From an uncultured virus (IMG/VR IMGVR_UViG_3300048930_000871) (Duplodnaviria; Heunggongvirae; Uroviricota; Caudoviricetes), in IMG/VR virus record IMGVR_UViG_3300048930_000871: a DNA stretch of 64,000 nucleotides. The stretch is one strand, 5' to 3'. Below are positions 48,828 to 59,222 of the stretch, piece by piece. The notes beneath the pieces were generated by a model. It saw only the letters and a list, made by a program, of their open reading frames with translations, ran no database searches and was not told the DNA's origin. Position 1 is the first letter of the stretch. Each line of letters opens with the position of its first letter. Made by a program: the position numbers and the translations under genes.

Positions 48828-49472
48828 TCAGGCTTGCTTGTCGAGATAGACCGGCGCTTCCTTGATCTGGAACGTGCCGTTGAACGTCACGGCCTGTTCC
48901 ACACCCGGCGGGGCGGCAGCCCAAGAAGATACGACGCCCGCCATGATGCCCGTCTGCCCGCCACGGGTGATCCAGATCATGTTGCGCGTCAGGCCATCCT
49001 TCTGGGCCTTAATCAGCTCCTTTTGTCCGGCATCGCTGAGATCCAGCGGGCCGCTGAAGGTGGCCGAACCGGGGCTGCTGAGGCCGGCGACATTCCGACG
49101 TTCCAGGTCACACATCGTGGTGACGTCGACCTCGCCCGGCTGCGAGGCTTCATTGCCGAATTCGGAGAAGCAGGTCTCGACCAGACCAACCTTCCGCATG
49201 GTGCCGGCCGTCGCCGTTCCGGTCTCGGCCGTGGTGTCCGTCTCGACAGTAACGCTCGTGGCGGTTGCCAAGAATACCCGATGCGCCGTCAGCCGGTCGA
49301 GCGTCTTGAAGCCCGTGCCCTGGATGACAATGAAGTCACCCTTGACCAGAGTCGCACCGACCGTCGTGAGAACTGCCATCGTCGCCTTGGTTGCACCCGT
49401 GGCCGGCGTGGTTGCGGCGGTTGGCATGGTCTCCGTCTTGAAGACCGAGCCAATGGTGGATTCGCGTGCCAT
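48828..49472 (-). CDS. major tail tube protein
   Basis: EVDVTTMCD..GL..PG..TF..Q..L..A; strongly biased codons. Confidence 0.8.
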   Translation of the reverse strand: MARESTIGSVFKTETMPTAATTPATGATKATMAVLTTVGATLVKGDFIVIQGTGFKTLDRLTAHRVFLATATSVTVETDTTAETGTATAGTMRKVGLVETCFSEFGNEASQPGEVDVTTMCDLERRNVAGLSSPGSATFSGPLDLSDAGQKELIKAQKDGLTRNMIWITRGGQTGIMAGVVSSWAAAPPGVEQAVTFNGTFQIKEAPVYLDKQA

Positions 49473-49475
49473 GAA

Positions 49476-49898
49476 TTAAGACCCTCCTCTGGTCTGGTAT
49501 CGGTAGTTGAGACTCACTGCCAAGCGATACATGTCGCCGACAGCTTCGGTATCGGGAGCGGTCGGGGGGTCCACCGACTGGATCCAGAGCGTGCGCTCAG
49601 GATTGATCCACATCTCCCAGGCTTTCGTGACGACGTCGGCCATTGCGGCGATATCATCGTCGGATATACCCGAATAGCCGACCAGCGCAACCGAGGCACT
49701 GCCCTGCTCTTCGATCCAGGGGCGGCTGCCCATGGTCTCGTGGTTGCGGACAGAGGCGTCGAATATGAAGCTGCCCCATATCGGAACCTCGGTCTCGCTG
49801 AAATCAACGGGTTCGTTGATCGTTGCCACAAAGGGCAGCGAAGGCGTGAGAATAGGCCAGTACGCGATAAGCGTCTGACGAACGTAGATATTACTCAT
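49476..49898 (-). CDS. tail terminator-like protein
   Basis: Synteny and size. Confidence 0.55.
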   Translation of the reverse strand: MSNIYVRQTLIAYWPILTPSLPFVATINEPVDFSETEVPIWGSFIFDASVRNHETMGSRPWIEEQGSASVALVGYSGISDDDIAAMADVVTKAWEMWINPERTLWIQSVDPPTAPDTEAVGDMYRLAVSLNYRYQTRGGS

Positions 49899-50191
49899 CC
49901 TCGCACCCTCAGCATATACACGATGGGTTCGCCCCTCAGGGTCTCCTCGTGTGCTTCCTCCACCGCCCGTATCTGACCGCGGACCTTTACGCGATCAAAC
50001 TTCGTGGGCAGAGAGGGAACATCGCCAACACGAATGTAGACGATGAAGGCCCCCACTTCGAAATCGTTGAACAGTGAGTCCGCAACGGGGGACTGAACAG
50101 ACGCCGTGATGAAGAGGGTCGAGCCTCCCTTTGGGGTGAACTCGATGGGTTCCCCGTACTTCGCGATCGTCTTGTCAATGGAGTCTTTCAT
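49895..50191 (-). CDS. head closure / head-tail joining protein
   Basis: Synteny, about 100 aa, beta-rich. Confidence 0.55.
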   Translation of the reverse strand: MKDSIDKTIAKYGEPIEFTPKGGSTLFITASVQSPVADSLFNDFEVGAFIVYIRVGDVPSLPTKFDRVKVRGQIRAVEEAHEETLRGEPIVYMLRVRG

Positions 50192-50859
50192 GTCCCCACC
50201 AGAACGAACCTGGACCGCAGAGGATCCAGAACGCCCTTGTAGGGGGAGAGAGCATCGACGGACAAACCCCCCGCGCCGGAAGTGCGGATGGTCTGCAGAT
50301 TGCCGGGCACGGCATACTCGACCCGAAGAGTGCCGATTGTGACAGCCTTTTCGGGAGGAACTCCGGAGGCATTTCCGCCAAAGTCCTCGTACCCGAGAGC
50401 GATCATCTGCTGCTTGATCAACTCCATGACGACCATGCGAAGACTGGCCGGCAGGGTTTCGTAGCCGGCGGAGTATAGGACCTCTGTCTCGGGGCCGGCC
50501 GGAATGAGGACTCGCGAAGTGGCTTTGTTGAGAATGATCGTGTCGTTGATCGATGTGATCTCGTCCAGCGGTGTTTCGCGAAGGAACCGATCACCATTGC
50601 GATCTTCGATATCGCGCCACACTTCCCTGAATTCCATGTAGCTTAGATACCGTCCGGTGTAATCCCGAATCAGCTGGCTGACGGCTTCGATGGAACCGAT
50701 CAGCTGGATGTCCATCGGAGATTCCAGCGGATAGGTGATGCCGAACCAGTCTTTCGTCTCCTGCTCGGTGACCAGGCCCGGGATAGGATCGGTCACCACG
50801 GAGAAGTCAGAGAACCGGCTGCTGGTGATTCGTCCGGGCTCGTATAGATTCTGGCTCAT
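50188..50859 (-). CDS. head-tail adaptor
   Basis: LVT..E.K..I..YTGR..Y.AGY..LPA.L..L.P.R pattern. Confidence 0.7.
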   Translation of the reverse strand: MSQNLYEPGRITSSRFSDFSVVTDPIPGLVTEQETKDWFGITYPLESPMDIQLIGSIEAVSQLIRDYTGRYLSYMEFREVWRDIEDRNGDRFLRETPLDEITSINDTIILNKATSRVLIPAGPETEVLYSAGYETLPASLRMVVMELIKQQMIALGYEDFGGNASGVPPEKAVTIGTLRVEYAVPGNLQTIRTSGAGGLSVDALSPYKGVLDPLRSRFVLVGT

Positions 50860-52436
50860 TCTTCGCCCTCCACCTTCATGGGCACCGCGATGACTTCACC
50901 ACCATCCATAGTCATGACTACGCCCGAACCTTCCCACAGGACGTTCTGAATTCCCCGACCGCGGGGACCTTCCGGACCCCTCGGGCCTTCTGGACCCGGC
51001 GGGCCAGCTTCTCCGCGCATGCCGCTCTTTCCACGCTGCGAAACCAGCCTCCACTCTGCGCCGGGGGGCTGGGTATCGGTGACGGCGAGTGCTCGCCATG
51101 TTGCCCCGTTGACCGCGACTTCTTGGTTCGGCTGGTAGAATACGCCTTCGGTCCATGGGCCAACGTGTTCGACCGGAGATAGCGAAAGATCGAATTGCTG
51201 ACGAGTCCCATCAGAAAGGATGTAGGCCAGAGTGGCCTTCTGTCCATCGGGCGCGTATTCGAGGTCCACCTTCTGCACCCCGTTGACGACGAGGAACCAG
51301 TTTGCGTCTTTGTCCGGGGAAGACAACGTCGCGTTTCGCGCATACCACAGACCTCCTCTCCAAACCCCCCAGGTATCCGCAGGGGCACCCTGCCCATCTG
51401 CGAGTATCGTGGGTGGCGGGATTTGCCCCGCAGGACCCGCTGGACCCTGGGCGCCCGGCATGCCCTGCACACCCGGCTCGCCAGCGGCGCCACGTTCTCC
51501 GGCTTCGCCTCCCGGACCCGGAGGGCCAGGAGGTCCCTCTTTTCCCGGGGGGCCGGGGGGTCCAGGAGGGCCCGCCTCGCCTGCTTCGCCGTCTCGCAGG
51601 GAGCTGATGCGTTCTTCGGCCTTCGCCAGCATTTCGGCGTTCTGGGCCTGAAGACGTTCGATTACCTGAGTGGCCTGTTCACGAATTTCCAGGACTTCGC
51701 GTTCAGTTTTCTGGACTGCCAGCCCCGCTGTCGTATGGACATGGGTGGTCAGCTCGGAAAGATCCACTGCGGCCAGGGTGCTTTCCACAAATTCCAGTCG
51801 ACCACCCAAATTGTCGATGGTCTTCGTGGCTTCTGCCAGGACATCAGTGAGATCTGAGCTGTCCACCTTCAGGATGAGTTCCTGCACGGAAGTCTCAGCC
51901 TTCTTCTCCAGCGTCTCGAGTCGCTCAGACAGGAGAATGCGGAACTGCTGCTCGTCTGTGAATCCCGTATCGACTCGTGACGACAGTGACCAGAAATTGT
52001 CCCCCCGCTTGGGCAGGTAGTCAATTGAAGAAAGCACCAGCGACTGAACTCCGCTCAGCGTCACGGATGAATCGCTGAGATTCGCGGTAAACATTTCCAG
52101 ATCACGAAGCTTCGAACTGAGCGACTCGACTTCAGCCTGGGTGCGGGACAACTCCGTCCGGGTGTTGTCCAAAACTCTTGCTGCGATGCGCTCGATGTCA
52201 TCCAGGGTGTGGACACTGGCGGCCGCCGCCTTGTCACTCAACTGCTCCCGTAGTTTTCCAGCCTCCGACTTCAGGGCGGCCACCTCCATCGTGAGGATGT
52301 TGTTCGCGGACACGGCGGCCAGAGCTTCTTCCTTAGCCGCAGCGGCCACCTTCTTCAGCTCTTCGATCTGTGGCTTGATAACCGCCTTGATCGCGAGCGT
52401 GACATCAACGATGATCTGCTTCGTGTTCACGCCCAT
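50856..52436 (-). CDS. coiled-coil + collagen-like (Gly-X-Y) virion-associated protein
   Basis: [16 protein letters not shown]... and [16 protein letters not shown]... runs; overlaps the portal stop. Confidence 0.8.
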   Translation of the reverse strand: MGVNTKQIIVDVTLAIKAVIKPQIEELKKVAAAAKEEALAAVSANNILTMEVAALKSEAGKLREQLSDKAAAASVHTLDDIERIAARVLDNTRTELSRTQAEVESLSSKLRDLEMFTANLSDSSVTLSGVQSLVLSSIDYLPKRGDNFWSLSSRVDTGFTDEQQFRILLSERLETLEKKAETSVQELILKVDSSDLTDVLAEATKTIDNLGGRLEFVESTLAAVDLSELTTHVHTTAGLAVQKTEREVLEIREQATQVIERLQAQNAEMLAKAEERISSLRDGEAGEAGPPGPPGPPGKEGPPGPPGPGGEAGERGAAGEPGVQGMPGAQGPAGPAGQIPPPTILADGQGAPADTWGVWRGGLWYARNATLSSPDKDANWFLVVNGVQKVDLEYAPDGQKATLAYILSDGTRQQFDLSLSPVEHVGPWTEGVFYQPNQEVAVNGATWRALAVTDTQPPGAEWRLVSQRGKSGMRGEAGPPGPEGPRGPEGPRGRGIQNVLWEGSGVVMTMDGGEVIAVPMKVEGEE

Positions 52437-53788
52437 ACCTCCGCGACCAGGTTTTCCAATTCCTCGGCCGACATATTTTCGCCCTCCTGCTCCTCTTCCT
52501 TCTTGTTATCCGGAGGGGGTGTCTGCTTTGCACCGCCCGGCGGGTTAGCCGCAGGGGCGGATGGAGCAGTCTCCGGAGGCTTGGAAGCGAACGAAAGGGG
52601 AACGACCTGCGCCTGGACGCGAGGTTCATCGCCGAATTTCACGGAAGGCAGCCCTTCCCGGGCACGGCCTTCATTGGGGGAGAACAATCCCCCCTGGATG
52701 CCCTTGACTATTCCCTCGATGCGAGCAGCGAAGTCGGCCCGCAGAAGATAGTCGGCATCGAATGCAATCCACTCACCTTCAGGCAGCTGGAACAGGAAAT
52801 CCAGTGCGAGTTCGATGTGTTCGAGAACATAGCCCAGTCCCGTGGCGAGCCAGTTCTTCATCAGCACTTCGGTGTTGTTGTAGGTCTGGCCGCCAATTTC
52901 TCCGATGATAGGCAGCGGCGTACGGAAGACGCGCGCAATGTCTGCGACGCTCATCTTGTACGATTCCACGACCGCGGCATCCACCGCATTCATGGACAAC
53001 GCCTGCCATTCAACCCCGTTCTGCAGAACTGCTGCCCTACCAGAGTTCACGCCCTGATAGGCACTCTGCCATTCGGTGCGCAGCACTTCAACCATTTCTG
53101 GCTTCAGTGTGCCCGGAGTCTTCAGGTAGCCGCTCGGCCGGGCCATGTTCTTGTGGAACGCGGCCATCGCCTCCTGGATCGCATTTCCACTGTCGATCGC
53201 ATAGGCGGCTGCCAACATCGGCGATTCTCCGACGAGTGGCGATACCGGCGTGTGCATGCGGATATGGAGAACATCGCGAGCGGGGTAGAAATCCCCCACC
53301 ACAGGATCTGCACCGGGAGCAATGGGGTCCTGCGGGAAAGTGTAGTAGACGCTGCCATCTTCTGGATTGATGTACGGCGTCGTATTGTTCGGCCGCATCA
53401 AATGCAGGCCGCTGATCTCGTTTCGATTGTTGCGCTCAGCCAGTGCGTACCCGTTGCCGGTGACGAGTTCGGCCCGCACAAGATTAAGGAAGAAATCTGC
53501 CTTGGTCTGGTAACCGTTGGGGCGGCGAAGAACTCTGGAAGCAGCTGAGTTCTTAACTCGGTCGCTCCCACCTCTGTCGTTTTCCCTCCAGTGACCGATA
53601 GGAAGCATCGCTACCGTCTGCGTTATCGCCCCGATGCAGGCCTCTACGACGGCGTTTCGCCCGGTGGCCGGGATACGAAATCCCTGCTGCCACCACGTGA
53701 TCGGCCAGAAAGAGGGGGGCTTCCGGGTATCATCCCCCCGCCAGTAGCGGCCGATGACGGATTGTGCGAACGACTGGATAGCGCCCAC
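52427..53788 (-). CDS. HK97-family portal protein
   Basis: PNGYQT, GNGY, VLHIR, GESP, IARVFR.P, SPNE.R..EGLP..GDE. Confidence 0.95.
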   Translation of the reverse strand: MGAIQSFAQSVIGRYWRGDDTRKPPSFWPITWWQQGFRIPATGRNAVVEACIGAITQTVAMLPIGHWRENDRGGSDRVKNSAASRVLRRPNGYQTKADFFLNLVRAELVTGNGYALAERNNRNEISGLHLMRPNNTTPYINPEDGSVYYTFPQDPIAPGADPVVGDFYPARDVLHIRMHTPVSPLVGESPMLAAAYAIDSGNAIQEAMAAFHKNMARPSGYLKTPGTLKPEMVEVLRTEWQSAYQGVNSGRAAVLQNGVEWQALSMNAVDAAVVESYKMSVADIARVFRTPLPIIGEIGGQTYNNTEVLMKNWLATGLGYVLEHIELALDFLFQLPEGEWIAFDADYLLRADFAARIEGIVKGIQGGLFSPNEGRAREGLPSVKFGDEPRVQAQVVPLSFASKPPETAPSAPAANPPGGAKQTPPPDNKKEEEQEGENMSAEELENLVAEVWA

Positions 53789-53800
53789 GACGGGAACTCC

Positions 53801-53989
53801 TCAGGTGGGAACAGTTCCCTTTGGAACAATGACGTCCCCAGCGGAGATTCCGGTCGCCAGATTGGCGTCCGAAAGTGCCACCACCAGAGTCTTACCGCGA
53901 TAGACGCCATTGACGAAGTGGCAGTCCGTCATGGTATTCTTCTCTGCACCGCCGACCTGGGCTGGCGTCAGGGGAGTTGGGAACGGCAT
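53801..53989 (-). CDS. small putative capsid accessory protein (shared N-terminal domain only)
   Basis: PLTPAQVGG paralogue of 54587-55027. Confidence 0.65.
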   Translation of the reverse strand: MPFPTPLTPAQVGGAEKNTMTDCHFVNGVYRGKTLVVALSDANLATGISAGDVIVPKGTVPT

Positions 53990-53992
53990 GGC

Positions 53993-54574
53993 TCAGCCCT
54001 CCCCACCGCTGATCGTATCTTCCACCTCGTGTAGGGTGAAAGACGATTCGTTGCTGTTCGCCCCATGGATGGTCTGCACACGAACCATCACGTCCATGGG
54101 GCCCTCGAACGACAGATTGTCGAACTGCGCACTCAGGGACGATGACGAGACGAAGGTCACAGCATCCGCCTCGACATCGTCGAGGAAGACCATGTCGCTG
54201 TCCGCAAAGTCAGTGCCCGAAATGACCAGGGCAACACTGGCGGACGTGTAGGCGGCCGATGTCGGTGACATTCCGGTGATGGCCGGTGTGCGAAGATCGG
54301 GCGGATCCGGCGGGGATTCGGGGAACAGATGCTCGATCGGCGAAGATGGGATCAAGGTTCCCCCCTGGACCGCTTCGGCCAGCCCGTCATCGGTCAGGTT
54401 GTTCGCGAGCAGCATGCCCGCATACGGGCCAGACGTCCGCACTCCCAGAAACGAGGTCTCGTCGATTTGCCCGCCGATGGCCGCGGACGTTGCCGGAGGC
54501 GGTGCTCCGGAAACCGTATCCTCATGCGCCACCGGAACCTCGCCGGGCGGATTCGGATCGTAGATATCGGACAT
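53993..54574 (-). CDS. IPT/TIG Ig-like domain protein, putative capsid decoration
   Basis: PAITGMSPTS..ISGTDF..TFVSSSSL..SN..FT. Confidence 0.75.
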   Translation of the reverse strand: MSDIYDPNPPGEVPVAHEDTVSGAPPPATSAAIGGQIDETSFLGVRTSGPYAGMLLANNLTDDGLAEAVQGGTLIPSSPIEHLFPESPPDPPDLRTPAITGMSPTSAAYTSASVALVISGTDFADSDMVFLDDVEADAVTFVSSSSLSAQFDNLSFEGPMDVMVRVQTIHGANSNESSFTLHEVEDTISGGEG

Positions 54575-54586
54575 AAAAGTCCTCCC

Positions 54587-55027
54587 TCAGGTGATGGTGA
54601 AGGTGGCGTAGTTCGTGATGACCTGTCCGGCCACCACGACGACCAGCTGGACAGCCCCGGCCGACGATGGAGTGAGAACGGCCCTCAGTTCCGTCGGGCT
54701 GACGTAGGTCGTTGGAAGAGCGACGCTGCCCCCAGAAACCATGAACACCACGCTTGAGGGGCTGAACGAGGTGCCCGTGACGGTGATCTCGATCGGTGTG
54801 TCTGAGTGCGCGATGGTGTTCGGGGTCAGCGTGGGCGATGCCATGAGCGCCCAACGATTACGCGGAAGCTGGATCTCGCCCGCCAGCACAGCATTCGTGA
54901 GATCAGTGCCGCTGTTGAACGCCAAGAGAAGTCCCCGAAAAGGCCCCTTCAGGCCGTACCCGAACGCGACGCTGGGGACTACTTGACCGCCTATCTGAGC
55001 TGGAGTCAGGGGAACCGGGTCTGCCAT
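54587..55027 (-). CDS. IPT/TIG Ig-like domain protein, putative capsid decoration
   Basis: LTPNT..ITVTGTSF..TTYVSPTEL.A..FTIT. Confidence 0.75.
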   Translation of the reverse strand: MADPVPLTPAQIGGQVVPSVAFGYGLKGPFRGLLLAFNSGTDLTNAVLAGEIQLPRNRWALMASPTLTPNTIAHSDTPIEITVTGTSFSPSSVVFMVSGGSVALPTTYVSPTELRAVLTPSSAGAVQLVVVVAGQVITNYATFTIT

Positions 55028-55073
55028 ATCAAGTCTCCGAGGTCACGGTGTTATCCGGATTCTCGGCCTTCAC

Positions 55074-55107
55074 CGAGAAAAGGAGGGGAGCCGAAACCCC
55101 CCTCCTG
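55074..55107 (-). terminator. terminator after the capsid gene
   Basis: AGGAGGGG...CCCCTCCT stem followed by a T-run on the minus strand. Confidence 0.75.
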
Positions 55108-55110
55108 AAA

Positions 55111-56958
55111 TCACCAGGCGACGCCGGTCTTGTACTGGATCGCACCCGCGCGGCGGGAGGCCCAGGAGATATCCCAGATCAGGCGCAGCGCGAGGCTGTC
55201 CGTCTGGAACAGCGACCGAGTGGGGGTCGCAAGCACGCCCGAACCCTGCGCGCCGGTGGCGATCGGCAGCGGGGCCGAGTCCTCCATGTGGAGGGTGGCC
55301 TGGTTGCTCATGTCGAGCGCCGGCGAATCACCGTAGCCCTGCACGAATTCCGCCTGGTCGATCAGGAACACGATGGCGGAGGGCACGTTGATCGACGTGA
55401 TGATCGGATAGCCGAACAGCCGGCCCTGGGAGACTTCGTCCGCGAACGGGCGGGAATCCTCGGTGGAGGACAGCGCGGTCAGCAGGCCGATACGCCGGCT
55501 TTCGTTCATGATCCACACCGGGCGCCGACCGGCACCGGCATCGATCATGCTCTGCACCATCGCGCGAAGATCCGCGACGATGTTGGCGACGGTATTGCCG
55601 GCGGAGGCGGAGCCGGTTCCCATCACCTGGAGGCCGGCCGGGCGGATTGCCGAAGCCGCTGAGTTGTCCATCAGAGCCGCATCGATGTTGACCGCGGTAT
55701 CCTCGATCATCATCTGGCGGAACAGCGGTTCGGCCGCCGGGGACGAGCGCTGCGCGAGTTCGCGGGTCATCGTCGTGATGACGCCGAGCTTGAACGGCGT
55801 GATGAGGACGCTGGTCAGCGCCGCCTGCTTGACCGGGATCGGAGCGCCTTCACCGACGAACGAACCCCCCAGGCTGCGGGCGGTACGGCCCGGCAGACGA
55901 ACGGCGCCCGTGCGATCGAACGTGAGGCGCAGGCCGTTGAGAGCCGCCCACACGGATTCCGGCGACAGAAGGTCGAGGAACTCGCCGATCTGCGTCTCGA
56001 TCAATTCCGCGGCCCAGCCGGCGACGTTGGTCATCGCGGGGTTGGTCGCTGCGAGGGTCATCACCTCGACTTCCTTGTCGCCGCCGAAGTCGTTCAGGAT
56101 GATGTCCTGCAGCGATCGGTTGGTGACATGGGACTTGGCGACGATGAAGGCGGAACGGAACAGGAGTTCGGCCTTCTGCCGCTCCTTCTTCGGCTGGGCG
56201 TGGGTGCGGCCACCGCCATTCGCCGGCTTGGAGCCGAGAGCGAGGGCGGCTTCGGCACGCTTCAGCGAAGCGAGGGTGGTCTCGGCAGACTCCAGCTGGG
56301 CGGACAGCCCTTCCAGCGTGGCCGAATCACCTTCGTCCATGTCGTCCTTGGCGGCGAGATCGGCCACCTGATCCTTCAAATTGGTGACCTTTTCGGTCTG
56401 GGCACTGATGCGGTCGGCGAGGGTCGCCATTCCCGTATTCCTCTTGCTGGTGTGGGGACGAACGGCGGACTTGCCGGACTTGACTGGAGGCCGCGCCATG
56501 CTGTCTCGCATCTGCGCGTCCGCCAGGGTCTCCATCAATCGCAACGCCCCGGCATCGCCGGGTACCGTCACGAGACTGATTTCTCGAAGCTCCGCCTTGG
56601 TGACGGTCAGCTTGTCGGTCTTGGGATTATAGTCATGCTCGACCATCTTGAAGCCGACACTCGCGGCCTTCAAGATCTTCTGGTCGAGTAGACTCCACAG
56701 CGTATCGATGAAGGCGCTGGTCCCGCGAACGGCCAGCTTCAGCGTCGCCATGAGCTGGCCGCCTTCGACTCGGACATCTTCCCATAGACCGATGGGGACG
56801 TCCGAATTGTGCATCCAGAGAGCGATGGGGTTCTTGCGGAAATCCGCAAGCTGCCACCCATCTTGGTTGATGGAAAACCCCTTCCGGTTCTGCCCCTCGC
56901 GGGACACCACGAACCGAAACGGATTGGCTGAGTCGGCGGTTGCGAGGAGCGTCTGCAT
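55111..56958 (-). CDS. fused prohead protease - major capsid protein (HK97 fold)
   Basis: NPIALWMH..PIG.W, ASVGF, LREISLVTVP protease motifs; coiled coil; FVGEG, RPAGL, LFGYPI, SLFQ.D capsid motifs. Confidence 0.92.
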   Translation of the reverse strand: MQTLLATADSANPFRFVVSREGQNRKGFSINQDGWQLADFRKNPIALWMHNSDVPIGLWEDVRVEGGQLMATLKLAVRGTSAFIDTLWSLLDQKILKAASVGFKMVEHDYNPKTDKLTVTKAELREISLVTVPGDAGALRLMETLADAQMRDSMARPPVKSGKSAVRPHTSKRNTGMATLADRISAQTEKVTNLKDQVADLAAKDDMDEGDSATLEGLSAQLESAETTLASLKRAEAALALGSKPANGGGRTHAQPKKERQKAELLFRSAFIVAKSHVTNRSLQDIILNDFGGDKEVEVMTLAATNPAMTNVAGWAAELIETQIGEFLDLLSPESVWAALNGLRLTFDRTGAVRLPGRTARSLGGSFVGEGAPIPVKQAALTSVLITPFKLGVITTMTRELAQRSSPAAEPLFRQMMIEDTAVNIDAALMDNSAASAIRPAGLQVMGTGSASAGNTVANIVADLRAMVQSMIDAGAGRRPVWIMNESRRIGLLTALSSTEDSRPFADEVSQGRLFGYPIITSINVPSAIVFLIDQAEFVQGYGDSPALDMSNQATLHMEDSAPLPIATGAQGSGVLATPTRSLFQTDSLALRLIWDISWASRRAGAIQYKTGVAW

Positions 56959-56968
56959 AATGGGAAGC

Positions 56969-56998
56969 AGTATAACTCCGATTTCTTAGACTGCGCAA
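56969..56998 (-). promoter_or_regulatory. sigma70-like promoter just upstream of the protease-capsid gene
   Basis: TTGCGC-18 bp-TATACT, 10 nt from the ATG, no Shine-Dalgarno. Confidence 0.55.
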
Positions 56999-57001
56999 GG
57001 G

Positions 57002-58732
57002 CTAAATAATCGCAATAGGCGAAATATTCCCCGTGTCTGCAAAGGGGAGTTCCTTGGCTCGGATAGCCATCGCCATGGCGACAAAGCCATCGATCCTGGC
57101 CGTGCGACTGGACTTGTCGAACTTGCGATTTCCCGCAGGATCCTGAAGAGCCCGAACGTTCATCGCGTTCCACTTCAGAACCGGATGGTTGTCGTGGATG
57201 ATAGTAGCGTTGAGAAGTGCCGTCTCTGTCGCTTCTACCATCAGCGAACCATCTTTGTATCCCTGACCGATGGGTGTCAAGGGAACTTCAACGCCGTATT
57301 CGTCGAACCACGTCTTCAGCACATCGACGCGCCAGCGGTCAAACCCGATGACACGGATGTTATACAGAGCCGATAGTTCGGCAATTCTCTGCGTGACAAA
57401 TCGGAAATCTACCGACTTGCCAGGGATGGCTTCCAAGTACCCCCCGGCAGCCCAGGCTTCGTACGGAACCTTATCCTTCTTGCTGCGTTCGCTGAGTGTG
57501 TCTTCTGGAGTCCAGAAGAAAGGCAGCACGACTTGAGGATCGTCGAACACCAGCACCAGGGAGGACAAGTCCACCTTCGAGGACAAGTCGAGGCCGGCCG
57601 TGCAGGATTGACCCTCAAGCTGATCATAGTCCACGGGTTGGTAGCACCGCGCCCAGGTGACTTCGTCGACCAAGGTTGCTTGCTGCGATACTCGCTGATT
57701 AAGGTATAAATTCCTAAAAGAATTCATCATCGTCGGCAGCATTCTCGCCCGACCGGCGTACTGCCTCATCTCGTCCAGGCTTCGAAAATCTCCCAGCGCG
57801 GGATTGGCTAGGTGCCACTTGGACTCGTCGAACGGGTCCTCGTTCATGGGGAGAGCGTACTTGGTCAGGTGAAAGGTTGGGTCGTCGACCTCGCCTTTCT
57901 GTATCTGCTCTCCGTAGTCAATGAGTTCGCTGAGAACTGCCGAATCCTCGGGCGCCTGCGTGCTGATGACGAGAGACAGCGGTTCCTTCTGCGCGCCCAT
58001 GGACGTCGTCATAACGTCGAACAGCATACGGTCATGGCTGAACTGCGCGAATTCATCGAACAGCACGAAATTTGGGTTAAGACCGTGCTTGGAGCGGGAT
58101 TCGGAGGACAGTGCGCGAAAGACACTGTTCGAGACCTGGCAAGTCGCCCGTTTGTTGGATTCGGTGAGAATAATGCGACTAGCTAGATCTTCATCCTGAA
58201 GCACCATGGACTGCAGGACACGGAACGCCAGCGCCGCCTGACCGACCTCGAAGGCTACGCTGAATAGCTGCCCGTTCCATATCGCACAGGGTCCCGTCAG
58301 GTGACCGAGGATCAACCCCCCGGCCAGCGAGGTCTTGCCATTCTTGCGTGCCATGGTCCACACGGCTTGCCTGATAGCCCGAACGATCTCACCCTTGTCG
58401 TTCTTCCTCGTCGGAGCGTAGACCTGCCTGATCATTCGCTTCTGCCAATCGCGGAGTTCAATCAGCTTTCCGACATCTGGGCCATCAGGAACCTTCAGCG
58501 TGTGGATGAAGGCGATCATCTTCTCCTCGATCGGCATCGTTGGCTCGACGCGAGGCTTCTTGGGCGAGGCCGGGATGCTGGTGATAGAGCCGGCTGCCTT
58601 CCTGGTTGTGCTGACCGCAGCCGTCGCCAGCCCGAGCACTGCTCCGAGACCATCCACATTGGACTTGCTCGGAGAACGCTTGGGCGGCAGGAAGTCTAGA
58701 TTGGGCTTCTTCGTTCTCTTGATGACTTGCAT
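57002..58732 (-). CDS. terL: terminase large subunit
   Basis: LRDWQ, ARKNGKT, FDE, IST, ANP, GLDLS..DL, FDRW, RIDG..A. Confidence 0.95.
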   Translation of the reverse strand: MQVIKRTKKPNLDFLPPKRSPSKSNVDGLGAVLGLATAAVSTTRKAAGSITSIPASPKKPRVEPTMPIEEKMIAFIHTLKVPDGPDVGKLIELRDWQKRMIRQVYAPTRKNDKGEIVRAIRQAVWTMARKNGKTSLAGGLILGHLTGPCAIWNGQLFSVAFEVGQAALAFRVLQSMVLQDEDLASRIILTESNKRATCQVSNSVFRALSSESRSKHGLNPNFVLFDEFAQFSHDRMLFDVMTTSMGAQKEPLSLVISTQAPEDSAVLSELIDYGEQIQKGEVDDPTFHLTKYALPMNEDPFDESKWHLANPALGDFRSLDEMRQYAGRARMLPTMMNSFRNLYLNQRVSQQATLVDEVTWARCYQPVDYDQLEGQSCTAGLDLSSKVDLSSLVLVFDDPQVVLPFFWTPEDTLSERSKKDKVPYEAWAAGGYLEAIPGKSVDFRFVTQRIAELSALYNIRVIGFDRWRVDVLKTWFDEYGVEVPLTPIGQGYKDGSLMVEATETALLNATIIHDNHPVLKWNAMNVRALQDPAGNRKFDKSSRTARIDGFVAMAMAIRAKELPFADTGNISPIAII

Positions 58733-58733
58733 G

Positions 58734-59222
58734 TCAGCCGTGTCCGACGTAAGTCAGGCCAGTCCTCATATCCCTCGACGATTCTCCAACCTCATCTTGA
58801 CGCTTGGCTTGGTTGGCGACACGAACCTCCGCACGAGCACGAAGTACCATCTGGATGATGTGGCTGGTGCCGAGGGATAGCTGGTTCTCATATCTCGTGA
58901 CAATGCGAGACATGCGATCCCAGTTCATCATGGCCCGAGTATCGTCGGGATCCTTTTCGAAGATGTCGCTGAATCGCATCATGTGCTCCACGGCCCGGAC
59001 ATACTGAATCATCATCGGTATGTGTCGGGCGCGGAAGAACTCCAGCGGGACATCGCTCAGCGCGGCGATCCACAGATTCCGCTGCATGTCCGTCAGGAAT
59101 TCCGGCGGGGGAAATCTTTCCAGGGCAGCGGTCATCAGCGCCGTATTGCCGAACGATGACTGGCGGAGCATCGTACCCTGACGAGGAGACGCTCTGCCGT
59201 TCTGGCTACTCCGACTTACCAT
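58734..59222 (-). CDS. terminase small subunit (P27-like)
   Basis: PPPEFL....LW motif; lies between HNH and TerL. Confidence 0.7.
   Translation of the reverse strand: MVSRSSQNGRASPRQGTMLRQSSFGNTALMTAALERFPPPEFLTDMQRNLWIAALSDVPLEFFRARHIPMMIQYVRAVEHMMRFSDIFEKDPDDTRAMMNWDRMSRIVTRYENQLSLGTSHIIQMVLRARAEVRVANQAKRQDEVGESSRDMRTGLTYVGHG

Noticed and set aside
48574..48924. 228-aa ORF 48238-48924 as an independent gene
   Set aside because: Its 5' part overlaps the tail tube and chaperone genes; only the part after the slippery site is plausibly coding.
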